From the NCBI GenBank assembly GCA_030390025.1, contig CM059432.1, positions 76,200,001 to 76,264,000 of the forward strand: a stretch of 64,000 nt of DNA, in the 5' to 3' direction. This DNA comes from Squalus acanthias. Taxonomy: Eukaryota. The notes beneath the pieces are model-generated. The model had not been told where the DNA came from. It saw only the letters and a list, made by a program, of their open reading frames with translations, and searched no databases. The position numbers and the translations under genes were made by a program. Shown piece by piece: positions 25,141 to 37,500 of this stretch (the stretch's first letter is position 1; each line of letters opens with the position of its first letter).

Positions 25141-25560
25141 GGGGCTAAAAATTCGTGCCTGCCACGAGAGTTGCCGGTGTCACCGGGGCCTCAGGTTAAC
25201 GGCCACTGAAAATTGTTGAAGCACTAGAGGAGAAAAATTTGCGCTGGGGACTAAAGATTTTTAGCCCAGCGCTAACTCACCGTGTAACGCCCTCTTGGTG
25301 GCGTTACTGCAGGCACTGGAGGTGAAGTTGCCATCCAGAAGCAGCATTCCATCTTCCAACAGCCTCTGGCGGTAATGTGTTCTCCAGGCATTGTGGGACA
25401 TTAAAAGGGCACTGTATTAAAAGGGCAATGCCTTCTGAACTAATAAAAATAAAAATGAAGTAAAGAAATGCAGTTTTCAACCCTTACTGTCTTAAAAAAA
25501 AATTACATTAAAAAGAAGTCCCAAATGGGAGTCTTCAGCTCTTAAAGCTGAATTGCCTTC
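25141..25560. mobile_element. Truncated Harbinger-type MITE at the CR1 ORF2 deletion point
   Basis: Left terminus ggggctaaaaattc; gcgct-rich subterminal region; no right TIR seen, so the right boundary is approximate. Confidence 0.55.
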
Positions 25561-26318
25561 TGCCTCAAAAATTGGGAGAAGTGCTTCAGCACGAACACAA
25601 ATAGCTCAGCAAGCCTCATACAGGAAACACAGAAAGCTAGCATGCAGGTACAGCAAGCAATTAGGAAGGCAAATGGCATGTTGGCCTTTATTGCAAGGGG
25701 GTTGGAGTACAAGAGTAAGGAAGTCTTACTATAATTATGCAGGGGTTTGGTGAGACCACACCTGGAGTACTGTGCACAGTTTTGATCTCCTTATCTGAGA
25801 AAGGATATACATGCCTTAGAGGCGGTGCAACGAAGGTTCACTAGATTGATCCCTGGGATGAGAACATTGTCCTATGAGGAGAGATTGAGTAGATTGGGTC
25901 TGTACTCTCTGGAGTTTAGAAGAATGAGAGGTGATCTCATTGAAACATATAAGATTCTGAGGGGGATTGACAGGGTAGATGCTGAAAGGTTCTTTACCCT
26001 GGCTGGAGAGTCTAGAACTAGGGGGCATAATCTCAGGATAAGGGGTCAGCCATTTAAGACTGAGTTGTGGAGGAATTTCTTCACTCAGAGGGTTCTGAAT
26101 CTTTGGAATTCTCTACTTGAAAGGGCTATGGAAGCTGAGTCATTGAGTATATTCAAGGTTGAGATAGATAGATTTTTGGACTCTAGGTTACCAAGGGATA
26201 TGGGGATCGAGTGGGAAAGTGGAGTTGAGGTCGAAGATCAGCCACAATCTTATTGAATGGCGAGCAGGATCAAAGGGCAATATGGCCTACTCTTGCTCCT
26301 ATTTCTTATGTTCTTATG

Positions 26319-28170
26319 CAAGGAGCTCCCAGGGTCTCGCACGGAGAACTCCAGCTTTGTGCAGGGGGTCAACACTGCAAGAGAGCTCCTCTACCCACAG
26401 GGGCCAGGAGACCCTCCAGAAAGAACGATGTGGGACCACATCACCACGGCTGTCACTGCCAGCAGTGTGGCTCCCACGACCTGGCTCCAGTACCCAAAGA
26501 AGCTTCATGACCTCAGACCAGTGGTCAAGGTCGGTGAATGCATCTTCAAAAGCCGTCACCTACCAACTGTACCACTAGCCTCACACACTTCTCAATGCAC
26601 GATTTCAGCCCCCCTCACCCCGCCAATCAGTCACCTACCAACAATCTGTACCAAACATGTGGCACACCCTCCATTCGTAGCCTCACCTCACCCCCTCAGA
26701 GGAGATAGTGCTGGCCATTCTTGGCAGGGGCATGGCTGAGACTTTGGCCAGGGGCTGTGCTGAAAGGATACAAGATACTGGTATCCTCATATGTTATCCT
26801 CCTTCTGACATGCACCTCTTGCTTTCCAGCCATCCCCTCACCACCGCTCTACCCTTGTGCTTTCCTCATTTCACACACTCAAGAAATGCAGCCTGCCCAA
26901 CCAGTGGTTGACCAAGAAGAGGGAGAGGAGAGTGAAGAAGAAGAAGAAATACCGTCACTCAATTTGACACTCCCAACCACCAGCTTTTCAAGAAGTACAA
27001 GTAATCCTCAATTACTCTCAACACCCCTTCCTTCCCCTTCCCGTGCAAGCGCAGGAGATGCAACACCTGCCCTTTTATCTCCTCCCTTCTCACCGTCCAG
27101 TGCCCCAAACACTCCTTCCAGGTGAAACAGCAATTTACTTGTACTTCTTGCTATTTAGTATACTTTATTCGCTGCTCATGATGTGGCTCCTCTACATTGG
27201 GGAGACCAAACGTAGATTGGGTGACTGCTTTGCAGAACACCTCCGTTCGGTCCGCAAGCGTGATCCTGAGCTTCCAGTCACCTGTCGTTTTAATTCTCCG
27301 CTCCACTCCCACTCTGACCTCTCTGTCCTCGGCCTCTTACACGAAGCTCAACGTAAGCTTGAGGAACAGCACCTCATCTTTCTATTAGGCACTTTACAGC
27401 CTTCTGGATTCAACATCGAGTTCAACAATTTCAGCCCATAACCTCTGTCCCTATTTTTTCAGATGGTTAGCTGTTGATTTTTTGTTTCTTTACTTGTCCC
27501 ATTACCATCTCCTTTTGCTTTGTACAATCATCCCTTTTGTCATTTAATCTCTCCTGCCTTCCACCCTATCACGGACCATCCCTTTTGTTCTTTCCTCCCC
27601 ACTTTCCCTGCCCCTGCACTTGCTTAAAACCCGTTATATCTCTAACTTTTTCCTGTTCTGACGAAAGGTCATCGACCTGAAACATTATCTCTGTTTCTCT
27701 CTCCACATATGCTGCCTGACCTGCTGAGTATTTCCAGTATTTTCTGTTTTTATTTTACACCAGCTCCTCAAGGTCGACCAGCAAGGCCATCTGCAGTCTT
27801 CCCCACTGAAAGTCAGCAGCCTTCCACCAGCCATGATGCAGCCACTGGGATAGCACTGCGTGACATCACTAGGATAGGCAAAGGCACACAGAAGACAGTC
27901 ACTAAGAGAATGCATAAGGATCATGAGTTGATTACTTGATGTCATATTGGATGGTTAGATTTATAAAGCTGGATTGTAAAGTTTGCTTTGTGGTGGCTTT
28001 TATTTCAGCATTGTGGCCAAGAGGACACTGTGATGGTCAGTAACAGAGGGAAGGTAAGGTGTGGGACAAGAGAGGGCGGCAAGTGGAGCGGCAATGTCAA
28101 AATTGACAGATCGAGCGTCAAATCAGCGTTGCACACTCATTGACGTCATGATCTGCCTCATTTCCACTAC
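26319..28170 (+). pseudogene. Harbinger E fragment: decayed Myb gene, family of element A
   Basis: ELLYPQG..W..TWLQYPKKLHDL; C-terminus RPARPSAVFPTESQQPSTSH..MHKD; 3' region matches 9270-9410 and 10030-10090. Confidence 0.8.
27020..27757 (+). mobile_element. Penelope-like element (family 2): GIY-YIG 3' fragment and pLTR
   Basis: LLYIGETKRRLGDCFAEHLRSV...LEEQHLIF..GTLQPSGFNIEFNNF; pLTR with hammerhead core at about 27658. Confidence 0.9.
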
Positions 28171-29171
28171 TACAACGAGCACTGGCAATGGAAGGCAAAG
28201 TCACCAACAGGTCCTAGGCTGCTTCTTATGTAAGGGACTGCTACAGATTCCATTGACGCCTGCAACAAAGGAAAAGCTTCCATGATGTTCCCGCAAATGA
28301 GTGGTGTAAATGTTAGAGTCACAGCTGTTAGTTGCCACACATCCTAGGAGCTTTAAAACGTCTGCATACAAACAATTCCTGCATGTAGGTGTGATGTTCC
28401 TATAAAATCCTTTTCAGGGGAGCTCTAGATCCTATGACTCCAAAGCTATGGGCAGCCTTCTTCCTCCACTGGGAAGGCACTACTTCCCTCCCCCTCTGGT
28501 TGTCTCATGCCCCGTGAATCTGAGATTCACATCCCCCTTCCCCCTCCCAACCCCACTTCACCTGGAAAAAGCTCTCTCCCAATTCACTTACAACTGCACT
28601 TTCAAATTCCCAACTGTCTAGCCTTTGACTTTCCATTCACCACGACATTTCTGCCGCTACCGATCTGCTCAACCACACACGCAACTCCACCTTTGATGCC
28701 CTAGTCCCCATTAAAACCATTACTCTCTCTCACCCTGGCCATTCCCCCCAGTAGGGCCCTCATCTCCTCCCCGTTAAGTCCAAGGTACACAGACTTGAAC
28801 GGATATAGTGGACAACTGGTTTAACCATTCACTGCCAGATCTGGCTGGACCACATAAAGCACTATCAGGTCCTGCTCTCGTCTGCCAAACTGCTCACTAT
28901 TCCAGGATCATCCTGGAATGCAAAGATAAACCCCGGCTCCTTTACTGCAAACCATCTTCTTAAACCCCTCTCCCGTCTCCTCCACCCTCACCTCCAACAA
29001 GTGCGAGGAGCCATGGACTTCTTTGTCACTAAGATTGAGACCATCCGATCAGCTGCCTCTGCTGCTCCCCTCCCTTCCTCTAGCCCACCAGGCCAAACTT
29101 CTTCTAAGGTTCCCCCCCTGCCCTAGCCCTGAACTCACATCTTTCTCTAGTTTCTTTCCAATCTCCTCTCA

Positions 29172-29561
29172 TGTGATCTCATTGAAATGCATAAAATTCT
29201 TAGAGAGCTTAACAGGGTGGATGCTGAGAGGCTGTTTCCCCTAGCTGGAGAGTCTAGAACTAGGCGTCATAGCCTCAGGATTAGGGGCGAGCTATTTAGG
29301 ACTGAGATGAAGAGAAATTTCTTCACTCAGAGGGTTGTGAATCTTTGGAATTCTCTACCTCAGATGGCTGTGGATGCTCAGTTGTTGAGTATATTCAAGA
29401 CAAAGATCGATAGATTTTTGGACACTGAGGGAATCCAGGGATATGGGGATAGGGCAGGAAAGTGGAGTTGATGTAGACGATCAGCCATGAAATTACTGAA
29501 TAGCAGAGCAGGCTCAAGGGGCCATACAGCCTACTCCTGCTCCAATTTGTTATGTTCTTAT
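29172..29561 (+). mobile_element. CR1 3' fragment nested in L2
   Basis: RNFFTQRVVNLWNSLP; tail ttatgttcttatg. Confidence 0.9.
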
Positions 29562-29827
29562 GCCCTCTCCGAGCTCAACTTGTCCATGAAACCCACCTCC
29601 TGCTCCCTCGACCCTATTCCCAATAAACTGCTGACCACCCACCTTCCCTTCCTGGCTCCTATTTTAGCTGATATTGTTAACGGTTCTCTCTCCCCAGGTC
29701 CTTTTCTCCTTCAAATTTGCCGTCATCACCTTTCTCCTAAAAAAAACCAACCCTTGACGTCTCTGTCCTTGCAAACAACCGCCCCATCTCCAACCTCCGT
29801 TTCCTCTCCAAAGTCCTTTGAAGTGCT

Positions 29828-30918
29828 AATACAAAAGCAAAATACTGCAGATGCTGGAAATCTGAAATAAAAACAGAAAATGCTGGAAATACTCAGCAGG
29901 TCAGGCAGCATCTGCAGAGAGAGAAACAGAGTTAACGTTTCAGGTCGATGACCTTTCATCAGAACTGGTTTTTTTTGGTCTGTGATAGGATGGAAGGCAG
30001 AAGAGATTAAAAGACAAAAGGGATGATGGTGCAAGGCAAAAGGAGATAGTAATGGGACAAGTTAAGAAACAAAAGATAACTCTAGATGAGGTGTAAATGG
30101 GAATGGCAGAATCATCAACAGCTGCCATGTGAAAAGAAAAAAAAATTAGGGGCAGAGGTTATGGTCTGAAATTGTTGAACTCGATGTTGAGTCCAGAAGG
30201 CTGTAAAGTGCCTAATCGAAAGATGAGGTGCTGTTCCTCGAGCTTACGTTGAGCTTCATTGGAACAGTGTAAGAGGCCGAGGACAGTGAGGTCTGAGTGG
30301 GAGTGGAGCGGAGAATTAAAGTGACAGGCGACCGGAAGCACAGGGTCACGCTTGCGGACTGAACGGAGGTGTTCTGCAAAGCAATCATCCAATCTGCATT
30401 TAGACTCCCCAATGTAGAGGAGACCGCATCGTGAGGAGCAAATACAGTATACTAAATTGCAAGAAGTACAAGTAAATTGCTGTTTCACCTGTAAGGAGTG
30501 TTTGGGGCCCTGGAGAGTGGGAAGGGAGGAGGTAAAAGGGCCGGTGTTGCATCTCCTGCGCTTGCACGGGAAGGTGCCGTGGGAAGGGGAAGCGGTGTTG
30601 GGGGTGATTGAGGAGTGGACCAGGGTGTTGCGGAGGGAACGGTCCCTTCGGAATGCTGAAAGGGGAGGGGAGGGAAAGATGTGTTTGGTGGTGGGATCAT
30701 GCTGGTGGTGGCGGAAATGGTGGAGGATGATACATTGAATGTGGAGGCTGGTGGGCTGAAAGGTGAGGACATGGGGAACCCTATCGTGGTTCTGGGAGGG
30801 AGGGAGGGGAAGGGGTGAGAGCAGGTGTGTGGGAAATAGAACGGACACGGTCGAGGGCCATGTCCACCATGGTAGAGGGGAATCCTCGGTTGAGGACAAA
30901 GGAAGACATATCGGACAT
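29828..30918 (-). mobile_element. Penelope-like element (family 2), 5'-truncated, GIY-YIG
   Basis: ORF 30159-30899: NLVYCICSSRCGLLYIGESK..EEQHLIFRLGTLQPSGLN. 7-bp TSD aagtgct (29821-29827 / 30919-30925). Confidence 0.92.
29929..29967 (-). ncRNA. Minimal type I hammerhead ribozyme motif in Penelope pLTR
   Basis: Minus strand reads agtt-CTGATGA-a-aggtc-atc-gacct-GAAA-cgtt-aact: intact core, 5-bp stem II, palindromic AACGTT in place of stem III, 4-bp stem I. Confidence 0.75.
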
Positions 30919-32046
30919 AAGTGCTGTCACCTCCCCAATCCGTGCCCATCTTTCCCGGAACTCTGTGTTTGAATCCCTCCAATCAGGTTTCCACCCCTGC
31001 CACATTCCAGAAAAGGCTCTTATCAAGATCACAAATGACATCCTATGTGATTATGACAAAGGTAAACTATCCTCCCTTGTCCTTATTGACCTGTCTGCAG
31101 ACTTTGACACGGTTAACCACACCATCCTTCTCCAATGTCTCTCCACTGTCGTCCAGCTGGGTGGGACTGCACTCGCCTGGTTCCATTCTTATCTATCCAG
31201 TCATTGCCAGAGAATCAGCTGCAATGTCTTTTCCTTCCACTCCCGCATCGTTACCTCTGGTGTCCCCCAAGGATCTATCCTTGGCTCCCTCCTATTTCTC
31301 ATCTACATCTCCCTCAGCGACATCATCCGAAACCCCAGCGTCAGTTTCCACATGTACACTGACGACATCCAGCTCTACCTCACCACCACCTCTCTCGACC
31401 CCTCCACTGTCTTTAAATTGTCAGACTGCTTGTCCGACATCCAGTACTAGATGAGCAGAAATTTCCTCCAACTAAATATTGGGAAGACCAAAGTCATTGG
31501 CCAGAATTTTCCCGCGGCCGTGTGTGCGGGATTGGAGGCGGGTCAGGAGTGAAAGTTGAAAGAAAGCGGAACGGATTGGGACCCCGCTGTCATCCCGCCT
31601 CCTCACGTCTTTTACTCGGGCGCGTTTGCCAGTGCGGCTGCGACCCGAATGGCAGAGGCGGCCGAGCTAATTTAAATCATTATTAAATAGTTGACAGACC
31701 CTTAAACTTCTTTTTAACCCTACTTTTCCAATTTCATTGCATGAGAACGGGAATCATGCAGTTCGGGAACCATGTCTGTGAACCTGAGGCGGAAGTTCAG
31801 TGACCATTGATGGAACTCATTACTGCACAGCAAGAAAAGCTCAATAGATATTTCCACCTGACACCTGGTTACTTTACTAAGGCAGATGCTGTGGCTGAGT
31901 GCATTGTCAGCACAGATTTAGCTTTCTAAAGGTTGCAAGTGTTTTCAGCAAATTCGGCAACCACTGTCACCACATTGGTACAACCTTTCAGACCATTGAC
32001 AGATTGCTTCTCTCATCTCTACTTACCTGTCTTCTATTACATCAGC

Positions 32047-34046
32047 ATGGATGCTGTTTATACTGTCTCACCTTGGTCCTCAGAAGTGGACCACAATGAG
32101 CCCCAACACCAGCAGCATCAGGCACACCAGCAGTACCAACAACACCACCAACCATCTCCTCAATGACCTGATGCTGCACAGGAAAGAGGGCGTCACCTCA
32201 GGGCTGCGCCGTGCCAGAGAGGATACTCCCAACACAGGGTATACAGGCAGAGGATGAGCTTCCTCAACATGACTGAGCAGCAGTGCCAAAGGAAGCTCAG
32301 GCTATCGCTCCAGGTCGTCGCAGTGTAAGCTGCTATACATGTAATAAAACCGCTGCTACCATGTGGAGATCAAAATTGTGAACGAATTGAGAGATGATAA
32401 CAGATGGATTCAAAATGGAGGCGGTCAGTGTGTGATCCTTTGTTTGTATGGATTCAAAAATGGAGGAGGTCAGCATGTGGTCTTTTGTTTGTAAGACCAC
32501 ATAGACAGGAAGGGGGGAAACACAGGATGAAGAGGAAGTCCCGCCCCCCCCCACACATCACAGGGACATGAGCGTATCATGCAGAAGGAACACCAATCAG
32601 GGAAGGTTGGGAGTGAAACTGACCTATCAGAGGGAGACAGCTGGAAAAGACACAAGGAACACATGCAGGAGAGCATTATAAAGGGAAGAGACAGAAGCGC
32701 GAAAACTCAAAAGGACAAAGGAAGCTATTTTGACAGGTCAGACGACTTTTGAAGCCTACCACTAATTCGGACTAGTCACCCCAGGAGGAGTGTATGCATG
32801 AAAGTCAGACATAGGGCATATACATTGTTGGGGGCATTTTTTATGTACGTTTGACTTATTAATAAACTGTAGGGCATATACATTGCTGGGAGTACTTTTA
32901 TGTACGAAACTGTAGGGCATATAAATTGCTGGTGTAAACTGTATTGCTGGGGGTACTTTTATGCACGCATGAATTATTAAACTGTAGTGTGACTAAAGAA
33001 CATTTTTATTGATAACAAACTTATCTGTCATTGTTATGCTTATTTGTAATTCTCGAGGTCCGAACAGCAGTAGGAGAAAGTCCTACAGCAGACATTTGCA
33101 CATTGCTGGAGCAAGACCTGCAACCCAGAGGACCTGGTGGACACGCCTTACCAGTGGCCATCAAAGTCTCCAGCGCCCTCAACTTCTTCGCCTCAGGCTC
33201 CTTCCAGGGATCTGCAGCAGACATTTGCGGCATCTCGCAGTCGGCAGCCCACAGATGCATCACACAGGTCACAGATGCCCTGTTTGACAAATCAGCCAAT
33301 TATATCAACTTTGCCACTGATGAAGCCAGTGTTACTGAGCGGGCGCTTGGCTTTGCCGCTCTGGCTGCCTTCCCCGGGTGCAGGGTGTCATCGACTGCAC
33401 ACATGTGGCCATCAGGGCACCCCCACATCACCCAGGGGTCTTTGTCAACCGCAAGGGCTTCCACTCCCTCAATGTGCAGATGGTCTGCAACCATAGGAAG
33501 ATTATCATGCAAGTGTGCACCAGATTCCCTGGCAGCTGCCATGACTCTTTCATTCTGTGCCAGTCCACCCTCCCTCAGCTCTTCGCTCCTCCAAACAGAC
33601 TTTCAGGCTGGCTGCTTGGAGACAAGGGCTATCCACTGAAGACGTGGCTGATGAAACCTTTGAGGAAGCCAAGTATCGAGGCCGAGTAGAGATATAATGA
33701 AAGCCACATGTCCACCAGATGTGTCATAGAGCAGACAATAGGCATGCTGAAAATGCACTTCAGATGCCTTGACAGATCTGGAGGAGCCCTTCAGTATGCA
33801 CCAGCCAGGGTCTCCAGAATCGTCATGGTCTGCTGCTCCCTGCACAACATAGCGCAGCAGTGAGGATTAGCGCTGCATGAGGAGCAAGGCTTTGAGCGCA
33901 CAGCCTCTTCAGAGGAGGAGGAGGAGCATCAGCTGGAAGATGAAGAGGAGGAGCAGGAGGTACCTGCGGTCCACATCCCACCAGCACGCGAGCACATTGC
34001 TGCCCGGGAAGCCAGGGATGAGCTCATCATGGCCAGATTTACTTAA
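32047..34046 (+). pseudogene. Harbinger DDE transposase (HARBI1-like), split by a solo LTR
   Basis: [58 protein letters not shown]; several stops and a frameshift near 33375. Confidence 0.92.
32324..33087 (+). mobile_element. Solo LTR, 764 bp (ERV- or Gypsy-type)
   Basis: TGTAAG...CCTACA termini; 4-bp TSD GCAG; GC box about 32540, CCAAT 32593, TATAAA 32677, AATAAA 32861. Removing it restores [14 protein letters not shown]. Confidence 0.9.
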
Positions 34047-34339
34047 CTTCAGGCATTTCACCCATATGGCTGCCATATGCTGCGCCAGGTTGGCACCACC
34101 CCACGGCAACACCATAAAACATCCCTACAATGAACAAGCCATTCATCACACTGACCACCATTGCTGGAGGTAACGTTATGTCTCACCATTCACTCCAACT
34201 CACTAAGCCACTTCCAAAGTTGCAGACAAAATTGGCCATAATCGGAAAGTGGTGAAAATAAATATTTTTATCTGTGACATCAGAGTAATGGAAGCTTAAC
34301 ACAAACAGTTATTAACACACCCAAGTGCTTACCTTTGTG

Positions 34340-36122
34340 CATCTACTTGTGTGTCATCTTTCTCTTACGTGTGCTTCTACGAGGTGCAACCCCTGTGGCT
34401 TCAGCAGAGGTAGAGGCAGGCTGCTCACTTCACTGCTGCGACTGCATAGACACTTTTGTGGGACGTCCTCTGGGTCTTGGAGCCTGCGAGGGCCCCGCCA
34501 AAGACTGCTCCTCCTGCAACTGTGCAGGGGCAGACTCAGGCCATCGGGATCCAAGGCTCTGACTGAGGGGGAGGCAACGTGGGAGAAGTGGGAGCGCTTT
34601 GAGCAGAGCCCCCACTTCTCATCATCATTCCTCTCATGGGCCACCTGCACTTCCCTGCTAGCAAGAAGCTGGCGAACATCTTGCTGCACATCAGTGGGGC
34701 GATGGACGCCTAAGTCTACGTTGGTATCCCTCCTAGAGATGAGTTCAATAAGAGTCTGCAAACTGTTGTTCACAGCAAGCATGATCTTGTTTGACTGGTG
34801 CATTAGCTGCTCCATGCAGGTGACCGCCCTTTCCATGGAATAACACATTGTCGCCATCAGCTGTGAGATGGTGGTGCTTACGTTGGAGATGGACTCCTCC
34901 ATTCCTGCACAATCGCACACATCGTAGCTGGAGAAGCTGCCAGAGCCTCGTGCATTTGTTGCTGCTCCTCCAAGATCAACCTCTTTGTCGACGGCCCCCG
35001 AGGTTCAGCTTGGAGCATCCTGCACACTCTCCACTGCTGTCCCTGTCTCCATCATCTGCTCTTGCTCACTTGTGATGTGACACACACGTCCGTCCGTGTC
35101 TCTCCCTCTCCCTCTCGATGCGCGTATCTGTGCTGGTTGTGCATGGGTCTGGTGACGGTGCACCCTCAGAGATTGCAGCTTCCTCTGCGTAGTCATCTTC
35201 CTCCTCCGGCTGGATGGGCCTGTGGGAGTGTAAAGACATGAATTAGAACTGTTACGATAAGAATGTTGTAAGTTACCATTATGCACATTATGATATTTCA
35301 ATGGCTGCTGACATGTCACCATGAGTGACTGTTGTTTGCCATGTGGCTGTATGATATTTAATTCTGTCACCAGGTTGCTGGGAGGTCCCCCTCTCTCTCC
35401 ATTTCCCACCATCAGCAGCTCTGCAACTCCGCTTATGTCGAGCACCTTCTCCTCTGATGGCATCAATGCAGTGGTGATTGGAGGTCCACCTCCGGTTCTC
35501 AGCCTCTTCCTGTTGTTCTGCGCTCCCTTCTCCTGCAAGGAGGAAAACAAGAGAACTTTGAGTGAGAGTAAGGGAATGAGTGTAAAGGATGGATGGGCTA
35601 CATCTGTAGATGGTGATTATGAGGGAGTGGAGTGACATTACCAAATGGCCTCTTTGTGTGGCGTTACTTTCTATGATTCTATGATTGCGTTAGGATGAGG
35701 GTGTGTCAGTGGTGGATAATCAGATGGGGATGTGAGTAGGTGCATAAACAGTGAGGGATGGGTGGACGTGCAAGGTATGTTGGTGTGAGGATTGACGTGC
35801 AGGAGTAGGCTTGGGAAGACAGAGTGATGGGGTTGAGGTGACACGCACATCAGGATGTAATTGAATGTGGCATTGTACTCACCTTTCCTGACCTCATGAG
35901 ATCATTAAATCGCTTCCTGCATTGAATCCAGGAACAGCTGACAACCTTTCTGCTGCTCACTTCTTGGTCGATCTCCAGCCATGCCCTCTTGGTTTCAGCT
36001 GCTGGCCTCTTCCTCCCATCACCAGGGAAAAGGACCTCCTCGCGTGCTGTCACTCCCTGGTGCAGGATTTCCAGGGAGGAATCAGTAAACCTGGGCGCAG
36101 CCTTTTAGTGGTGAGCCTGCAT
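34340..36122 (-). pseudogene. Harbinger Myb/SANT gene (exons 36122-35883, 35532-35371, 35219 to about 34340)
   Basis: AAPRFTDSSLEIL..REEVLFP..KRAWLEI..SWIQCRKRFNDL; exon 2 EKGAQNNRKRLRTGGGPP; early TAA. Confidence 0.88.
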
Positions 36123-36739
36123 CTTTGTTTAGAAATGGTTAAGCCTTCACAGTCAAACTAATTGGTCTATCTCACAGCAACAGCCAACTCTCAGACCGGC
36201 CTCTGGACCACCTCCAACAACCTTCAACTCTCATCTGTCCACTGCCCCTTTAAATAGCTGAGCTGAAGTCAAGTCATCAGACCCGCTCCAGAAAATTGGT
36301 CTGGAAACCCGCATGACAACTCAATTGGAGTATTTAAGTTAAAAAGAGACTGCCGAGCACTCTGATGGAACATTCGGAATAGCGACCCACTACACAGTGC
36401 CCCCCCCCATCCCCCCCACCCTCAAACCCAATCCGACGCTAAGGTGAAAATTCAGCCTTTTTTTTAATCAAAGACTGCAATTGACAATTTGTAAACCCAC
36501 CACCGCATTACTCCTGTGTTACATGGGAATTGCTCATAGGCAACACTAATGGACATGCAGGTGAGCTGACCCCATGATTTATGATGGGGTCAGTGCTGGA
36601 AAGGATCAGCAGGCGCAAGTTCCAGCTCAGCAGTGCAACAATGGCCAAATGGCCCCATGAAATTTCAGGCCTGTTGACTTGAAAATGCAACATCATATAT
36701 GCTACCAATCATAAAGGATATTTCCTACTGCCAGTTATT

Positions 36740-37500
36740 GGGCCAGAAATTCGGCTCCTGTCAGGTGAGTACGCGCTGTGTGCTCACCCGTAAGGCCACC
36801 TGAAGTGCCGGTTTCCTGCATGCACTGCGCATGCGCGGGAAACCGGAACTTCCGTTCCCCTGAAGGAAGGGGCTCAGAAGTCGAATGCGTGCGCGGGAGA
36901 GGCAGCGCGCACGCAGTGAACTTCGTTTTTTTTTTCAGGTTTCTCCATGAGGGTAAGTATGGAGAAGCTGCACTTTTAAAAAGGAGGCGCAAGGCCTGTT
37001 TTTAACAAGGTAAATGGTTAATTAATTACAATTTAAACATTTTTTCAACAGGTTTATCTTTTTTAGATACTTTAAAGAAAGGTAAGTTTATTTTTAGCAC
37101 CGTTAAAAAGTATAATTAATTTTTTCAAAAATTTAAATTTTTGTTTAAAGTAGTTAATTTATGTAACTTATAGTTATTTTAAAAATGTGATGTTTTTTAA
37201 AAATTTTATTTGAAGTTTAAGTGTGGTTTTGGGGCCGATCTCTATTCATAGATTTGACAGGTCTTCCTGTCAAATCTATGAATGAAAATGCCCTGCTCCG
37301 ATTGGCTCTCCATGGCCCACGTGATCCCAGGGGACGCTTTGAACTAACTGCACCCCTGGGATACGCAAGCACTGCGCGCCGGCAGCTGCAGGAGGCCCAG
37401 GACCTGAAGTCCTCGTGGGCCTGAAGCACAACGGCAGGCGCGGTAGGTCAGTTTGCGCACGATGCTTGCACCCGCAGGAAGCCGGTCTAAATTTATTAGC
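36740..37500. mobile_element. Harbinger-type MITE with AT-rich core and perfect hairpin
   Basis: Left terminus gggccagaaattc; tgcgc-rich ends; 18-bp perfect stem at 37244-37283; right TIR degenerate. Confidence 0.65.

Larger units (their letters stand above)
23075..26318 (+). mobile_element. CR1 LINE with 5' UTR, decayed ORF1 (24080-25020), most of ORF2 deleted, 3' end present
   Basis: [66 protein letters not shown]; tail ttcttatgttcttatg. Confidence 0.9.
28560..31498 (+). mobile_element. L2 LINE ORF2 fragment carrying nested CR1 and Penelope insertions
   Basis: KPTSCSLDPIPNKLL; QSGF..LIDLSADFDTVNH..GVPQGSILG..YTDDIQLY; truncated at Harbinger F. Confidence 0.9.
31499..36457. mobile_element. 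Harbinger F, full two-gene architecture, inactive
   Basis: TIRs ggccagaattttc / gaaaattcagcc; transposase + and Myb - are convergent. Confidence 0.9.

Noticed and set aside
32810..32985. CRISPR-like spaced repeats (tagggcatata.attg x3)
   Set aside because: Irregular tandem duplications inside an LTR with related spacers, vertebrate context and no cas genes.
32047..36122. Domesticated HARBI1 / NAIF1 / MSANTD host genes
   Set aside because: Enclosed in TIRs, multi-copy within the window and full of stops and frameshifts; these are transposon copies.
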